Shown in pieces: positions 49,048 through 58,597 of a DNA stretch of 64,000 bases. A program made the translations under genes and the position numbers. The stretch comes from Pseudobdellovibrionaceae bacterium (GTDB taxonomy: Bacteria > Bdellovibrionota > Bdellovibrionia > Bdellovibrionales > Bdellovibrionaceae): positions 4,402 through 68,401 of the forward strand of contig JAYTJV010000005.1 in the NCBI GenBank assembly GCA_043730825.1, in the 5' to 3' direction. Positions within the stretch are counted from its first letter, which is position 1. Each line of letters begins with the position of its first letter. Below the pieces are notes generated by a model. It saw only the letters and a list, made by a program, of their open reading frames with translations, had not been told where the DNA came from and did no database searches.

Positions 49048-50496
49048 CTATCGCTTTCCTTCCGCGCGCTCTTCTTTACTCTGGTTGGACTTTTCCATGG
49101 CTTCTTTCGGCGAAGTTTTCCCAAAGCCTGGGCAGTTACGAGGCTTTGCTTCTTGATAAGTTTCCTCGAGCTCATTGTGTTTGCTCATGAGGTCTTCGGC
49201 TTCTTCATTTGAAATTTCACCAGCCGATGTTTGCTTTCCCTGCAGCTTTTGTTGATCTTGCATCTTATTCATCATAAGACGTTGTTTTTCTTGGGCAGCA
49301 CGCTGCATAGCTTGATTATATTTATTTGCAAGTCGGGAATCTTCCGCCATATATTTTTGCTGAGCAGTAGTTAAACTTCCCTTCAGCTTTTCGAGTGTCT
49401 TATTGTAATTTTCAACAGACTCTGCATACATTTTTTCAGTTTCTGAAAGTCTTGTCGCAATATCTTGTGCTCCTTTAATTCTATGCTCGGCACTATTCAT
49501 GTAGGATTGAGTAACAGATTCACGTTGATCACGTAGTTCTGTCAGACAAGATTCATATTCTGCCTTCAAAGCTTTTACTCGACTTGTCCCACTTGAAGCA
49601 TTTTTACTATTTCCCGCAGCATAGTTTTCTTTATTCACTAATTTTGCTCTTGAAACGCAATGCAAATGGATTGCACTGTCACTTCTTAAGTTTACAACTT
49701 TTCCCGTTGAAGTTTTAGCCGTCGACATAGCGGCCTTGATTTCGATTTCAATACTATTGATATCTTGGCGAGCTTTAATTTCTTGAGATCTTAATGTTCT
49801 AATAGCATCAGCCAATTTTAATTGTTGATCTCTCATATCGTTTAAAGCTTTACCCTGAGCAGCTTCGGTCTCGGTTTGCTTTTCTTCCCAAGCGTCCTTA
49901 GCATCTAATCGTTCTTTTTCAATTTTTTCAAGATCGGATAAATTGCTCTGTTCTTTTTTTATAAGTTCTTCGTCAGATTTTCGAATTTTTTCGTCAAGCT
50001 TTTCTATGTCGCTTTCCATCGTCTTCTTATCATCTTTAAAAGTTCCTTTGGTCCCTTTGATGTCACAGCCCGGTTTCCGTTGACCCGCTTGATTAACCAT
50101 TGTCATTAATACTGTTCGCGTGATTTCAAGATCATCTTCTGCATCGCCAGCTAAACACTTGTTAGCCGAAACCTGCGCCGTGTGCGGATGCTCTTTAAGG
50201 ATATCATTGTATTTTTTAAGGGCTTCAGTGCAAAAATCTTTATTCTTAGATTCTTTTTTGTCTTCGCTGGTTTGGCATTTATCATAAACCGATTTTGCTT
50301 CAACAGTAGCTCTGATCAGGTTGTCACGGTCTGTATCGAGTGTACTTTTCGATTTATTTTGTCGTTCTGCTGTCTGGGCTGTGATCCAGGCGTCATAAAG
50401 AGGTTTACATTTGTCCTCTTCAGCCCAAACTAAATTCGGAGTGCCCAAAGAAAACACGACAAGTGTCAAAAGCATAAGCGGTGTAAAACGATTCAT
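49048..50496 (-). CDS. secreted coiled-coil protein
   Basis: Signal peptide MNRFTPLMLLTLVVFSLGTPNLVWA from the ATG at 50496 (GGGGGAA upstream), then long Lys/Glu/Gln-rich heptad-like sequence. Confidence 0.65.
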   Translation of the reverse strand: MNRFTPLMLLTLVVFSLGTPNLVWAEEDKCKPLYDAWITAQTAERQNKSKSTLDTDRDNLIRATVEAKSVYDKCQTSEDKKESKNKDFCTEALKKYNDILKEHPHTAQVSANKCLAGDAEDDLEITRTVLMTMVNQAGQRKPGCDIKGTKGTFKDDKKTMESDIEKLDEKIRKSDEELIKKEQSNLSDLEKIEKERLDAKDAWEEKQTETEAAQGKALNDMRDQQLKLADAIRTLRSQEIKARQDINSIEIEIKAAMSTAKTSTGKVVNLRSDSAIHLHCVSRAKLVNKENYAAGNSKNASSGTSRVKALKAEYESCLTELRDQRESVTQSYMNSAEHRIKGAQDIATRLSETEKMYAESVENYNKTLEKLKGSLTTAQQKYMAEDSRLANKYNQAMQRAAQEKQRLMMNKMQDQQKLQGKQTSAGEISNEEAEDLMSKHNELEETYQEAKPRNCPGFGKTSPKEAMEKSNQSKEERAEGKR

Positions 50497-50603
50497 TTGG
50501 AATTCCCCCAAGTGAGAATATATAAAGCAATCTCAATGCCAGTATCGGTTAGCCCACATAGTAAGTTTAAAATTCTCGTCTCATCTTGAGACCCTTGGTC
50601 TCT

Positions 50604-50640
50604 AAAATGCAAAAAGCCAGATCGGCATCCCGACCTGGCT
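50604..50640 (-). terminator. terminator-like hairpin in an otherwise gene-less gap
   Basis: Stem AGCCAGATCGG (50615-50625) / CCGACCTGGCT (50630-50640) with one mismatch and loop CATC, followed on the minus strand by TTTTTGCATTTT. Confidence 0.5.
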
Positions 50641-50681
50641 TTAATACGACTCTGTGTCCTCAACTTACAGTGGAGGTCCAG

Positions 50682-50804
50682 ATGTCGGATATTTACGAAA
50701 CTACTTATCGTAAAGATCGGTCTCTGTTCGAAATTCTTAAACGTGTCTTGCGTCTAGTTCTGCTAGCGCTTGAGATTGTTAAAAGAATTCTCGAACTCTG
50801 GTAG
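50682..50804 (+). CDS. candidate 40-aa small protein (MSDIYETTYRKDRSLFEILKRVLRLVLLALEIVKRILELW)
   Basis: GGAGG at 50672-50676, a 5-nt spacer, ATG at 50682. The C-terminal half is a Leu/Val/Arg amphipathic helix. It is the only well-initiated part of track ORF 50586-50804. Confidence 0.35.
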   Translation: MSDIYETTYRKDRSLFEILKRVLRLVLLALEIVKRILELW

Positions 50805-50884
50805 GTTAACTCAGGGCTTAGCTTTTTGTGGGCAGGTCATGGATAGGCTTGAAACCTAGAGGAACTCAAAGTCGAAGGAAAATA

Positions 50885-50900
50885 GGCTGTCGGGGTGCCA
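50885..50900 (-). promoter_or_regulatory. sigma-54-like -24/-12 element (partial match)
   Basis: The minus strand reads TGGCACCCCGACAGCC. The -24 TGGCAC is perfect and GG-N10-GC spacing is correct, but the -12 region is CAGC instead of TTGC. Confidence 0.3.
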
Positions 50901-50903
50901 CTC

Positions 50904-51545
50904 TTATTTCAGCCAGTCTTTCATCAAAACTTTGATTTGTGTCTGGTAGGGTACGCCCATGACTTGGGATTTTGCGCGGAATGATTCTAGCAAAGGCTGG
51001 GGGATTTTCATGCTGATAAGCTTTGATTTCCCCAATTCCTTTTTTTCTTCGAGCTGTAAATAGAAGCGTAAGTTTTCTAAGCGCTGGATCAAAAATTCAG
51101 ACGAGACCTTGGAAACAACGGGAGTGTTCGAAGGTATCCGAAGTCCTAGTTCTTTTAAGTCTTCGATTTTTAAGAATCTAAGACTTCGGCTTTTAATGAC
51201 GACGTCGAGTGGCTGAAAATATCCGGGCTCAGCACCGAGGCGTATCATAACTTTTTGCGATTTTGATTTGGGGCTTTGGAAAGTCCAAAACTTCATGCTT
51301 TTTTCTGATTTGAATTGATCGAGGAAATGGAAAAGTTCATCGGCACCGACGGGAAGAGTATTTTCATAACCCAATTTCAAAAGAGCCTTTTCAGCTTTTT
51401 TAAATTGTTCCAAAGACTGGGGGATGATGACTTCGATTTCGGGATCATCTAACAAAACGCCATTTAAATTAGCAGCAAGTGATCCTGAAAAGATAAACTC
51501 GACTTTGAAAACTTGAAAAGCTTCAGTGATTTGGAGTGCTGTCAT
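50904..51545 (-). CDS. minimal-nucleotidyltransferase-like domain fused to a BrnA/CopG-like ribbon-helix-helix tail
   Basis: N-terminal SGSLAANLNGVLLDDPEIEVII fits the G[GS]...[DE]x[DE] pattern of the minimal NTase fold. C-terminal KLISMKIPQPLLESFRAKSQVMGVPYQTQIKVLMKDWL fits the BrnA-type antitoxin pattern. Confidence 0.55.
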   Translation of the reverse strand: MTALQITEAFQVFKVEFIFSGSLAANLNGVLLDDPEIEVIIPQSLEQFKKAEKALLKLGYENTLPVGADELFHFLDQFKSEKSMKFWTFQSPKSKSQKVMIRLGAEPGYFQPLDVVIKSRSLRFLKIEDLKELGLRIPSNTPVVSKVSSEFLIQRLENLRFYLQLEEKKELGKSKLISMKIPQPLLESFRAKSQVMGVPYQTQIKVLMKDWLK

Positions 51546-51647
51546 AGGATCAAGGATAGACCGGTATAGATCGCAGACAATCTGAAAGTATTAAGCGATC
51601 AGAAACTGAGACCTAAGACTGGCATCACTCTCTTCATAAAAAACTCC

Positions 51648-52001
51648 TTATTTAACGGGAGTTTGCAAGGGAACAGGCTGTGGGTTGTTGCGTCTTAACC
51701 TATTGAAACCCTTAACGATCATGAAGACGGCGAAGGCTACAATGGCAAACGTAAGAATGGCGTTTATGAAGGATCCAATTTTGATCGCAACTGCGACAGT
51801 GTTGTCGTCAGCATATTTCAATGGAATGACAAGATTTTTGAAATCGACTCCGCCAATTAAGACTCCGATTGGAGGCATGACGACATCGTTCACTAGCGAG
51901 TTTACGATTTTGCTGAATTCAGCGCCGATGATGATCCCGACCGCCATATCTAAAACATTTCCCTTAACAGCAAATTCTTTAAATTCTTGAGTGATTCCCA
52001 T
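51648..52001 (-). CDS. mscL: large-conductance mechanosensitive channel
   Basis: [40 protein letters not shown] is a classic MscL N-terminus. Confidence 0.9.
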   Translation of the reverse strand: MGITQEFKEFAVKGNVLDMAVGIIIGAEFSKIVNSLVNDVVMPPIGVLIGGVDFKNLVIPLKYADDNTVAVAIKIGSFINAILTFAIVAFAVFMIVKGFNRLRRNNPQPVPLQTPVK

Positions 52002-52101
52002 CGAATTCTCCCTTCACATCTGAAATAATCTTGGATAATATCTAGACCAAAGCAAAGCTAGAGGATACAAAATTAATCCTAAGCTCATATTAGGTTGGTA
52101 C

Positions 52102-52353
52102 ATGGTAAAGGGTTTTAACTCTGATTTTCACATTTCTGGTAAGCACTACCATCTTCAATCGGAAGATTGGGGAACTCAGAATCCCTTTTTAGTGACGCGA
52201 CTTTATTGCCAAGGTGCTGTCGTCAAAACTTTGAAGCGTTCTTATGTGGAAATTTTCGGTACAAATCGAATTGCTTCTGATGTGGTCAAAATTGCTCTTA
52301 AGCACCAGCATGAAGAATTGGCTAAAGAGCTTGTTTTGGGCCGTACTCTCTAA
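52102..52353 (+). CDS. hypothetical protein
   Basis: 83-aa ORF in an otherwise empty gap upstream of ftsE. No motif recognised. Confidence 0.4.
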   Translation: MVKGFNSDFHISGKHYHLQSEDWGTQNPFLVTRLYCQGAVVKTLKRSYVEIFGTNRIASDVVKIALKHQHEELAKELVLGRTL

Positions 52354-52407
52354 AACGCGACAAAAGTCGTCTACTTTCTTAAGTCATCTATTCGGTAAAC
52401 TATAAAG

Positions 52408-53073
52408 ATGATCGAGCTATCCCATATTTATAAAACATTCGCAGGTCCCGTTCACGCACTTCGAAATGTTGATATTCACATTCAAAAGAGCGAGTTCGTT
52501 TTTATTACCGGTCCAAGTGGTGCGGGTAAAACAACTTTGTTTCGGATGCTTGCGGGGTTTGATCAACCAACTTCGGGTCAGCTTAAAGTAGCTGGTTTTG
52601 ACTTAAATCAAATGACTTCACCACAGAAGCCACTATTTCGAAGAAAACTAGGAGTAGTGTTTCAAGATTTCAAACTATTAAAAGATCAATCGGCTTTAGA
52701 AAACGTTGCCATGCCACTTTTAATCAGAGGCGAGAAAAGAGCCCGAAGTCTTGAGCTTGCAAGCGTGTTTTTGCAAAAAGTAGGATTAGAAGACAGACAA
52801 GATATGAAGACAGAAACGCTATCGGGTGGAGAAGCGCAGCGAGTGGCTTTGGCGAGAGCAATCATCCATCAGCCAGATATTATTTTAGCCGATGAGCCCA
52901 CTGGAAATTTAGATCAAGAACGAAGCGAAGAGATTATGAATCTCCTCGAATTCTGCACGAAATCTGGAATGACAGTTTTGGTAACAACTCATGATCTCGA
53001 TTTAGTGAGACGTCGCAAGCAAAGAATTATTTCAATTAAAAACGGTGAAGTGGTAAAAGATGGCCGCGCGTAA
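52408..53073 (+). CDS. ftsE: cell-division ABC ATPase FtsE
   Basis: GPSGAGKTT, LSGGEAQRVALARA, ILADEPTGNLD. Followed by ftsX. Confidence 0.9.
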   Translation: MIELSHIYKTFAGPVHALRNVDIHIQKSEFVFITGPSGAGKTTLFRMLAGFDQPTSGQLKVAGFDLNQMTSPQKPLFRRKLGVVFQDFKLLKDQSALENVAMPLLIRGEKRARSLELASVFLQKVGLEDRQDMKTETLSGGEAQRVALARAIIHQPDIILADEPTGNLDQERSEEIMNLLEFCTKSGMTVLVTTHDLDLVRRRKQRIISIKNGEVVKDGRA

Positions 53074-53929
53074 TTCTTGGGTCATCCAAATCACATCCAC
53101 TGTGGTTCTGACTTTTAGCTTAGTCCTCTTAGGAATTATTTATAGTTTTATTAAGTCATCCCGGTATGCGGCGACGAAATCCCAACAGAGCGTAAAACTA
53201 GAGCTCTTCTTTAAAGAAGATTTAAAGCCTGACGCGGATTTTCAGTGGATAGATCAGATTAAAGCTATTCCTGAAGTTTTAGATATTTCTTTCTTAAATC
53301 AAGAGCAGGCCCAAGATGAATTCAAAAAAATGATGCTCTCAAGTTTTGGAAGCTTAACTGAAGAGGCATCACTTCTATCACGACTTCCATCTTCGGTCTC
53401 AATTCAATTTGAAGAAGGTGTTTCTGCCCAAACGAAACAACTAAAAGTCACAGAGATAGTAGATTTAGCTAGGCAAATATCAACCTATGATGGTCACGTT
53501 TATCAGCAAGATTGGGCCGAGTGGCTAAGTACATTTAGTCAAAAAGCTGAAAAAGGAATGCTTGGCTTAGGCGCGTTCATTTTCCTGATCTTTTTTCTTA
53601 TTGTATCAAACGTTATTCGAAGCCAAGTCGCACATAAGCAGGAAGAAATTGAAATTAGGTCATTTCTTGGCGCGACAGTCTGGCAAATCGAAAAGCCTTT
53701 TATTATTCTGTCGATATTATTAGGTGTGATCAGTTCTATTCTAGCAGGTGCTGTCATTGTGACGCTTGTTCAAATAGTCAAAGACCGACTACAGGGATCT
53801 AATGAATTGATTTCTTCAGACTTAATTTTGGCTCCGAATATCCTTGAAATCGCAATTGTGATAGTTGTCGTTGCGGGGATTTCTGCTTGGGCTGCACGAA
53901 CTTGCGTTAGGGAACGCGTTCTTCTATGA
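53060..53929 (+). CDS. ftsX: cell-division permease-like protein FtsX
   Basis: One TM, a periplasmic domain, and three C-terminal TMs. Overlaps ftsE by 14 nt. Confidence 0.85.
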   Translation: MAARNSWVIQITSTVVLTFSLVLLGIIYSFIKSSRYAATKSQQSVKLELFFKEDLKPDADFQWIDQIKAIPEVLDISFLNQEQAQDEFKKMMLSSFGSLTEEASLLSRLPSSVSIQFEEGVSAQTKQLKVTEIVDLARQISTYDGHVYQQDWAEWLSTFSQKAEKGMLGLGAFIFLIFFLIVSNVIRSQVAHKQEEIEIRSFLGATVWQIEKPFIILSILLGVISSILAGAVIVTLVQIVKDRLQGSNELISSDLILAPNILEIAIVIVVVAGISAWAARTCVRERVLL

Positions 53930-54936
53930 GATTGATTTTAACCATCAGTTTTTTCCTTTCTGCGATTGCTTTTGCAGAAAATTCAACTCGCGAGCAGCTA
54001 AGCGAGCTTCATCAGATCAGAAAAGAAATCAAGAACGCGGTTTTTGATAAGGCTCGTTTTCAGCAAGATATTCTAAAATCAAAACTTGATATTGAAAATC
54101 AGAATCAAGAAATCAAGAAAACTGAAAAAGAAGCTTTAGAAATCAAAGAAAAAATAATAGAACGAATTTCGACTCTTTATAAAATCAGACGTGCATATCC
54201 CGAAGGATCTCTTTTATCTGTTGTGAAAGAAGACGATTTCCTTAGGAAAAGCTATTATCTGAAATACCTAAATGCCCAGGATAAGGCGCTAGTTACGGAA
54301 TACAAAAGTAAAGCTGAGACAACTCATCGACTTAAAAATAAAGTTCAAGCATACATGCGGCGACTTTTAGAACTTCAAAAAAGAAACGACTCCAAATTCG
54401 CCGAACTCAGTAAGCGTGAAAATAGACAGCGAGAATTAATTCGAACAATCCGTGAAACAGTACGAATTCGGGAAAATGGACAAATTCCAAAATTTTCCGA
54501 TGATAAAAAATTCTTCTCCGAATTAAGAGGGCAATTGGAAATTCCATCTGTAGGTGGAGAGTTAAAAGGAAGTATTGGAATTGCACGTGATCCAAAAACC
54601 AAATTAGCGATTCTTAAAACCGGCATTCATGTCGTTTCAAAGCAAGGGTCTGAAGTAAGAAGTGTTTATGACGGCGAGGTCCTGCACAGCGATAATATTT
54701 CCGGTTGGGGGCCAACAATTATCGTAGATCACGGAGAATCTTACTATTCCGTCTACAGTCGCCTCAAAAACCTGAGCGTAAGGCCAGGCGATCGAGTTTT
54801 AGCACAGCAAAAACTGGCCGAGGTGTCGGCAGTGCCCTATCATGGAGTCTACGGCGAACAGGGACTTTATTTCGAGATTAGACATTATTCTGAGCCCGAA
54901 GACCCTCGTTTATGGCTTAAAGGAGAACAGCAGTGA
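53926..54936 (+). CDS. envC: murein hydrolase activator EnvC-like (coiled coil + M23/LytM domain)
   Basis: Signal peptide, a long coiled coil, and a C-terminal LytM-like GWGPTIIVDHGESYYSVYSRL. Conserved ftsEX-envC order. Confidence 0.8.
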   Translation: MRLILTISFFLSAIAFAENSTREQLSELHQIRKEIKNAVFDKARFQQDILKSKLDIENQNQEIKKTEKEALEIKEKIIERISTLYKIRRAYPEGSLLSVVKEDDFLRKSYYLKYLNAQDKALVTEYKSKAETTHRLKNKVQAYMRRLLELQKRNDSKFAELSKRENRQRELIRTIRETVRIRENGQIPKFSDDKKFFSELRGQLEIPSVGGELKGSIGIARDPKTKLAILKTGIHVVSKQGSEVRSVYDGEVLHSDNISGWGPTIIVDHGESYYSVYSRLKNLSVRPGDRVLAQQKLAEVSAVPYHGVYGEQGLYFEIRHYSEPEDPRLWLKGEQQ

Positions 54937-56309
54937 AAAATTGGTTCAAAAATCGAAAACATGTAAAGCCCCTGCTTCTGGTGACGACATTATTTGCTGT
55001 TTTAGTTGCAGTTGGATTTACTCAAAGAGCAACAATGGGTTGGGCGCAAGATCGATACGCGGATCTTCAAAACTTTTCAAAAGTTTTAAATTTAGTTCAG
55101 CAGTATTACGTAGAAGAAGTTGATACGAAGAAACTTATATACGGCGCGATTAAGGGAATGCTTAGAGAATTAGATCCTCACACGAACTTCATGCCACCTG
55201 ATATGTTTAAAGAATTTGAAAATGAAACAAGTGGTGAGTTCGGTGGTTTAGGAATTGAAATCTCGGTTCAAAATGGAATTTTAACGATTATTTCTCCGAT
55301 TGAAGATACGCCTGCCTGGAAAGCCGGAATTAAAGCCGGAGACAAAGTTGTCGCAATAGATGGTCACTCAACAAAAGGTATGAGCTTAGTTGAAGCTTCT
55401 CAATATTTACGTGGCAAACGTGGATCAAAAGTAATCTTAAGAATCGTACGAGAATCTGAAGAAAATCCCAAAGATATTACGATCGTTCGAGGAAGTGTAA
55501 AAATCCGTTCTGTTAAGTACACCGATATGGATGATGGTTACGCATATATCAGAATCACAAGCTTTATTGAAAATACAGCAAGAGATTTAGAAAAAGCCTT
55601 AGCAGAACATCAGTCCAAAAATAAAAAGATCGAAGGCTTGCTAATCGATTTAAGAAAAAATCCAGGCGGTCTTTTAGATCAAGCCGTTAAGACAAGCGAT
55701 ATGTTTCTTAAAGAAGGAATCATCGTGAGTACTGTTGGTAGAAACGTAAAAGAAAAAGAAGTGACTTCAGCAACGAAAAAAGGCAAACGAACCGACTTCC
55801 CAATCGTAGTGTTAGTTGACCAATATTCGGCCTCAGCAAGCGAAATTGTTTCAGGCGCTTTGCAAGACAACAAAAGAGCTTTAATCGTTGGTGAAAAAAC
55901 TTTTGGTAAAGGATCCGTTCAATCAATTGTTAAACTTCAGGATGGTAGTGGTCTTAAGCTTACGGTAGCGCGTTACTTCACTCCGAAAGGAATCAGCATC
56001 CAAGCAGAAGGTATCAAGCCTGATATCGAAATTGATGATGTTGATCCAGAAGTTTTCTCGAAATCCATTGTTAAAACAAAAGGGACGAGAGAAAAGGACA
56101 TTCAAGGCCACTTAAAAGGTGAAAAAGAAAAGAGTGAAGAGAGTGCAAATAAGCAGAAATCAAATGACGCCTTAGCTTGGTGGATTGATTACGGGTCTAA
56201 ACAGCAAGATTTAACACCGAAAGAAAAGATGTTTCGATCTGATTATCAGGTGTTTCAGGCGTTTAATTACCTTAAAGCTTGGAAGACACTTCGCTCCATT
56301 TCTCAGTGA
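54933..56309 (+). CDS. S41 carboxy-terminal processing protease
   Basis: PDZ segment (GIKAGDKVVAIDG) and S41 catalytic region DQYSASASEIVSGALQD...GEKTFGKGSVQ. Confidence 0.9.
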   Translation: MKNWFKNRKHVKPLLLVTTLFAVLVAVGFTQRATMGWAQDRYADLQNFSKVLNLVQQYYVEEVDTKKLIYGAIKGMLRELDPHTNFMPPDMFKEFENETSGEFGGLGIEISVQNGILTIISPIEDTPAWKAGIKAGDKVVAIDGHSTKGMSLVEASQYLRGKRGSKVILRIVRESEENPKDITIVRGSVKIRSVKYTDMDDGYAYIRITSFIENTARDLEKALAEHQSKNKKIEGLLIDLRKNPGGLLDQAVKTSDMFLKEGIIVSTVGRNVKEKEVTSATKKGKRTDFPIVVLVDQYSASASEIVSGALQDNKRALIVGEKTFGKGSVQSIVKLQDGSGLKLTVARYFTPKGISIQAEGIKPDIEIDDVDPEVFSKSIVKTKGTREKDIQGHLKGEKEKSEESANKQKSNDALAWWIDYGSKQQDLTPKEKMFRSDYQVFQAFNYLKAWKTLRSISQ

Positions 56310-56344
56310 TTGTCAGAAGAGTTTAGTTCAACTAGATTCATTAT

Positions 56345-56884
56345 ATGAGTTCATCGGTTTTCTGTTTATTATTCGCTTTTTTATCGATTGCTGAAGCAAA
56401 ATTCACGCGCGGTGACAGCTTTGAGTACGCAAATATCGAAGGCGAACTAACGCTAACATGTAGGAACAAAACGAAAGTAATGACCTGCCGGGACGTCTTC
56501 ATGAGTCCCTGGCCTTACGATGTTTACGTAGGACCAAAAAATTTCAACGCGGAAGTAGTGAAATTGACTTCCATAGTTGGTGGAGAAACTCAGACATCCG
56601 TCGTTAATTATGATGGGAAAACTGGAAGATCTGCGGATGTAAACTTAGGGGTTTATTCTTTGTTTCAAAAGCCACTTTTAAAGGTCGGTGAAAACAGAGT
56701 TCAGGCTGTTTTGTTGAATAGAGACGGGAGCGTCTTAGATTCAGAGTCTTTTAATATTTCTGTTACTCGGGGTAAAAGTAGAACTTGTGATGCGAAGGAA
56801 ACGTATTCGCAGAATCCTGATGATTGCGAGCATACTTATTCGGTATGTCAGCAATACTTTCGTGCGCAGAATTTTTGTCGGTAA
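56345..56884 (+). CDS. secreted hypothetical protein
   Basis: Signal peptide MSSSVFCLLFAFLSIAEA. Cys-containing and small. Confidence 0.55.
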   Translation: MSSSVFCLLFAFLSIAEAKFTRGDSFEYANIEGELTLTCRNKTKVMTCRDVFMSPWPYDVYVGPKNFNAEVVKLTSIVGGETQTSVVNYDGKTGRSADVNLGVYSLFQKPLLKVGENRVQAVLLNRDGSVLDSESFNISVTRGKSRTCDAKETYSQNPDDCEHTYSVCQQYFRAQNFCR

Positions 56885-56885
56885 T

Positions 56886-58580
56886 TTATTTACTAGGTTC
56901 CCATTTTTTACTTTTAAGTATTTTAACTTTTTTCTGGGATTTTAGGCTATTTAAAAGCCGGCGTGCTTGGGATGGCGAAAGTCCTACCCGATCAGCTATT
57001 GAAGAAACTGAATTCGGGGATTCTCGCTGTAACTCCTCAAGAATACTAATCTTAAACTGTTCTAATTGAGTATTCGTCATACGTAATGGCTTAACTGCTT
57101 TCATGGCGTTATGATTTGCACTCCCCTTCAATAAATAGCGTTGTTGCTTATCAGATGTAGCTTCTATTAATTTGTCTTCTTTAAGCTTACCTAAAATTTC
57201 TTGCGTTACCGATGTGGGCCTTTGAATAATATTGGCCATTTGTTCAAGTGTAAGATCACGTCGAAAGAATAAAGCATTTAAAATTAAGAGTTCTGGAATA
57301 CTAGGGTTTTTAACAGATGAAATAATGAATCTGCAAAAATCTAAATTTGCTTTCCCTCCGGTTAACCTCACTGAGACCTTAAATGCATCAGATCCGGAAT
57401 AATCTGGGGCAGGTCTTCCATACTCTGCCTGACCTTGAAATATGAAATCTATACCTCTTCCAGAGCTCTCGACGAATCCAAACTCTCGCATCGCTTCAGC
57501 TAAGCGACGGTTTCTTGGGTTGGGAGATACGTTCAATAAATTGGAAAGATTCACGCCGGCTGGAAATGAGCCTGGATTCGTAATTATAAGTTCTTTTTCG
57601 TACAATTGTATCTGAATACTTGGTTGAAGTGTATAATCACGATGCACGATGGAGTTGGCAATTGCTTCTCGTCTTGAATCTTCAGGATATTCTGGAATTA
57701 CAAAATTTGCGCCCCGATTACGGAACTCATCGGAGTTTTGCAGTGTTTCTGGGAGTTCTAATAATTTGGGGAAAACTTCCGCAATTGGGCCTACGAAAGC
57801 ATTATTTCTTAATAACTCTCCTCGCGCACCAAATACTTGATACTGTATTTCATGATTAGGTAGCTTCTCTTTTAATTTTTCAGAACGGCCAAACAGTAGC
57901 AGCGCTGCAATGTTAGGTTTGCCGTCTGATATGCTAAGTAAACCAATAGCTTTTAAAATCTCTCTAGGTGGCTTTAGAAACAAATCTTTTCTGTAAGGCT
58001 CCGCAACTTCTGTGCTTCTACGTCTGCTGACTGCGGTGACTAAATCCAGGTTTAAATCATCTATATTTGCATCAGATAAAATTATTCCTGAAAAATCTTG
58101 AATTCCAATTCTAGTAACTCCACTTACTATGTCGTCTGCTGTCATAGGTACGTTTTGCGGTTTTCCTTTGGTATCTAGCTGGCGTTTCAAAAATTTTCCA
58201 GATTTCGTACCTGTGGTGGTAATAGATTTGGGAATCCTTATTACAAGTACCTTTTGATCTTTAATTTTTTGAATCGAAATTGATGTAGCACACGCCGGAA
58301 GTGTATTAGCCATTATCATTCCGGCGACACTTTCAATAGTTTTCCAGGTTCCATTACTAATCCGTTGGCAACCTGTCACATTTCCATCATCCGTTACTCC
58401 AACAAATATTATCCCACCAGCTGTGTTGGTCATAGCAACAACTGCTTCATAAACATGAGAATCGGAAAAGTTGCGGCTATCTTGTTTAAATTCTACTTCA
58501 AGGCTTTCGCCACGTTTGATTAATTCCAGTAGGTCCGCGTTTTGCGTTTCAAGAATTTCAGACATTTCAATTTGCTTCAT
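56886..58580 (-). CDS. AlbA_2 (Schlafen-type divergent AAA) domain protein with ATPase-like and winged-HTH C-terminal regions
   Basis: N-terminal ESLEVEFKQD...IFVGVTDDG pattern typical of the AlbA_2 DNA-binding domain, a central IANSIVHRDY ATPase-like motif, and a C-terminal HTH-like region. AAGGAGG Shine-Dalgarno before the ATG at 58580. Confidence 0.7.
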   Translation of the reverse strand: MKQIEMSEILETQNADLLELIKRGESLEVEFKQDSRNFSDSHVYEAVVAMTNTAGGIIFVGVTDDGNVTGCQRISNGTWKTIESVAGMIMANTLPACATSISIQKIKDQKVLVIRIPKSITTTGTKSGKFLKRQLDTKGKPQNVPMTADDIVSGVTRIGIQDFSGIILSDANIDDLNLDLVTAVSRRRSTEVAEPYRKDLFLKPPREILKAIGLLSISDGKPNIAALLLFGRSEKLKEKLPNHEIQYQVFGARGELLRNNAFVGPIAEVFPKLLELPETLQNSDEFRNRGANFVIPEYPEDSRREAIANSIVHRDYTLQPSIQIQLYEKELIITNPGSFPAGVNLSNLLNVSPNPRNRRLAEAMREFGFVESSGRGIDFIFQGQAEYGRPAPDYSGSDAFKVSVRLTGGKANLDFCRFIISSVKNPSIPELLILNALFFRRDLTLEQMANIIQRPTSVTQEILGKLKEDKLIEATSDKQQRYLLKGSANHNAMKAVKPLRMTNTQLEQFKISILEELQRESPNSVSSIADRVGLSPSQARRLLNSLKSQKKVKILKSKKWEPSK

Positions 58581-58597
58581 ACGCCTCCTTATTTATA

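Noticed and set aside
50586-50681. Upstream two-fifths of track ORF 50586-50804 (72 aa).
   Set aside because: It starts at a non-ATG codon without a Shine-Dalgarno site and runs through the hairpin. Only the internal ATG at 50682 has a good ribosome-binding site.
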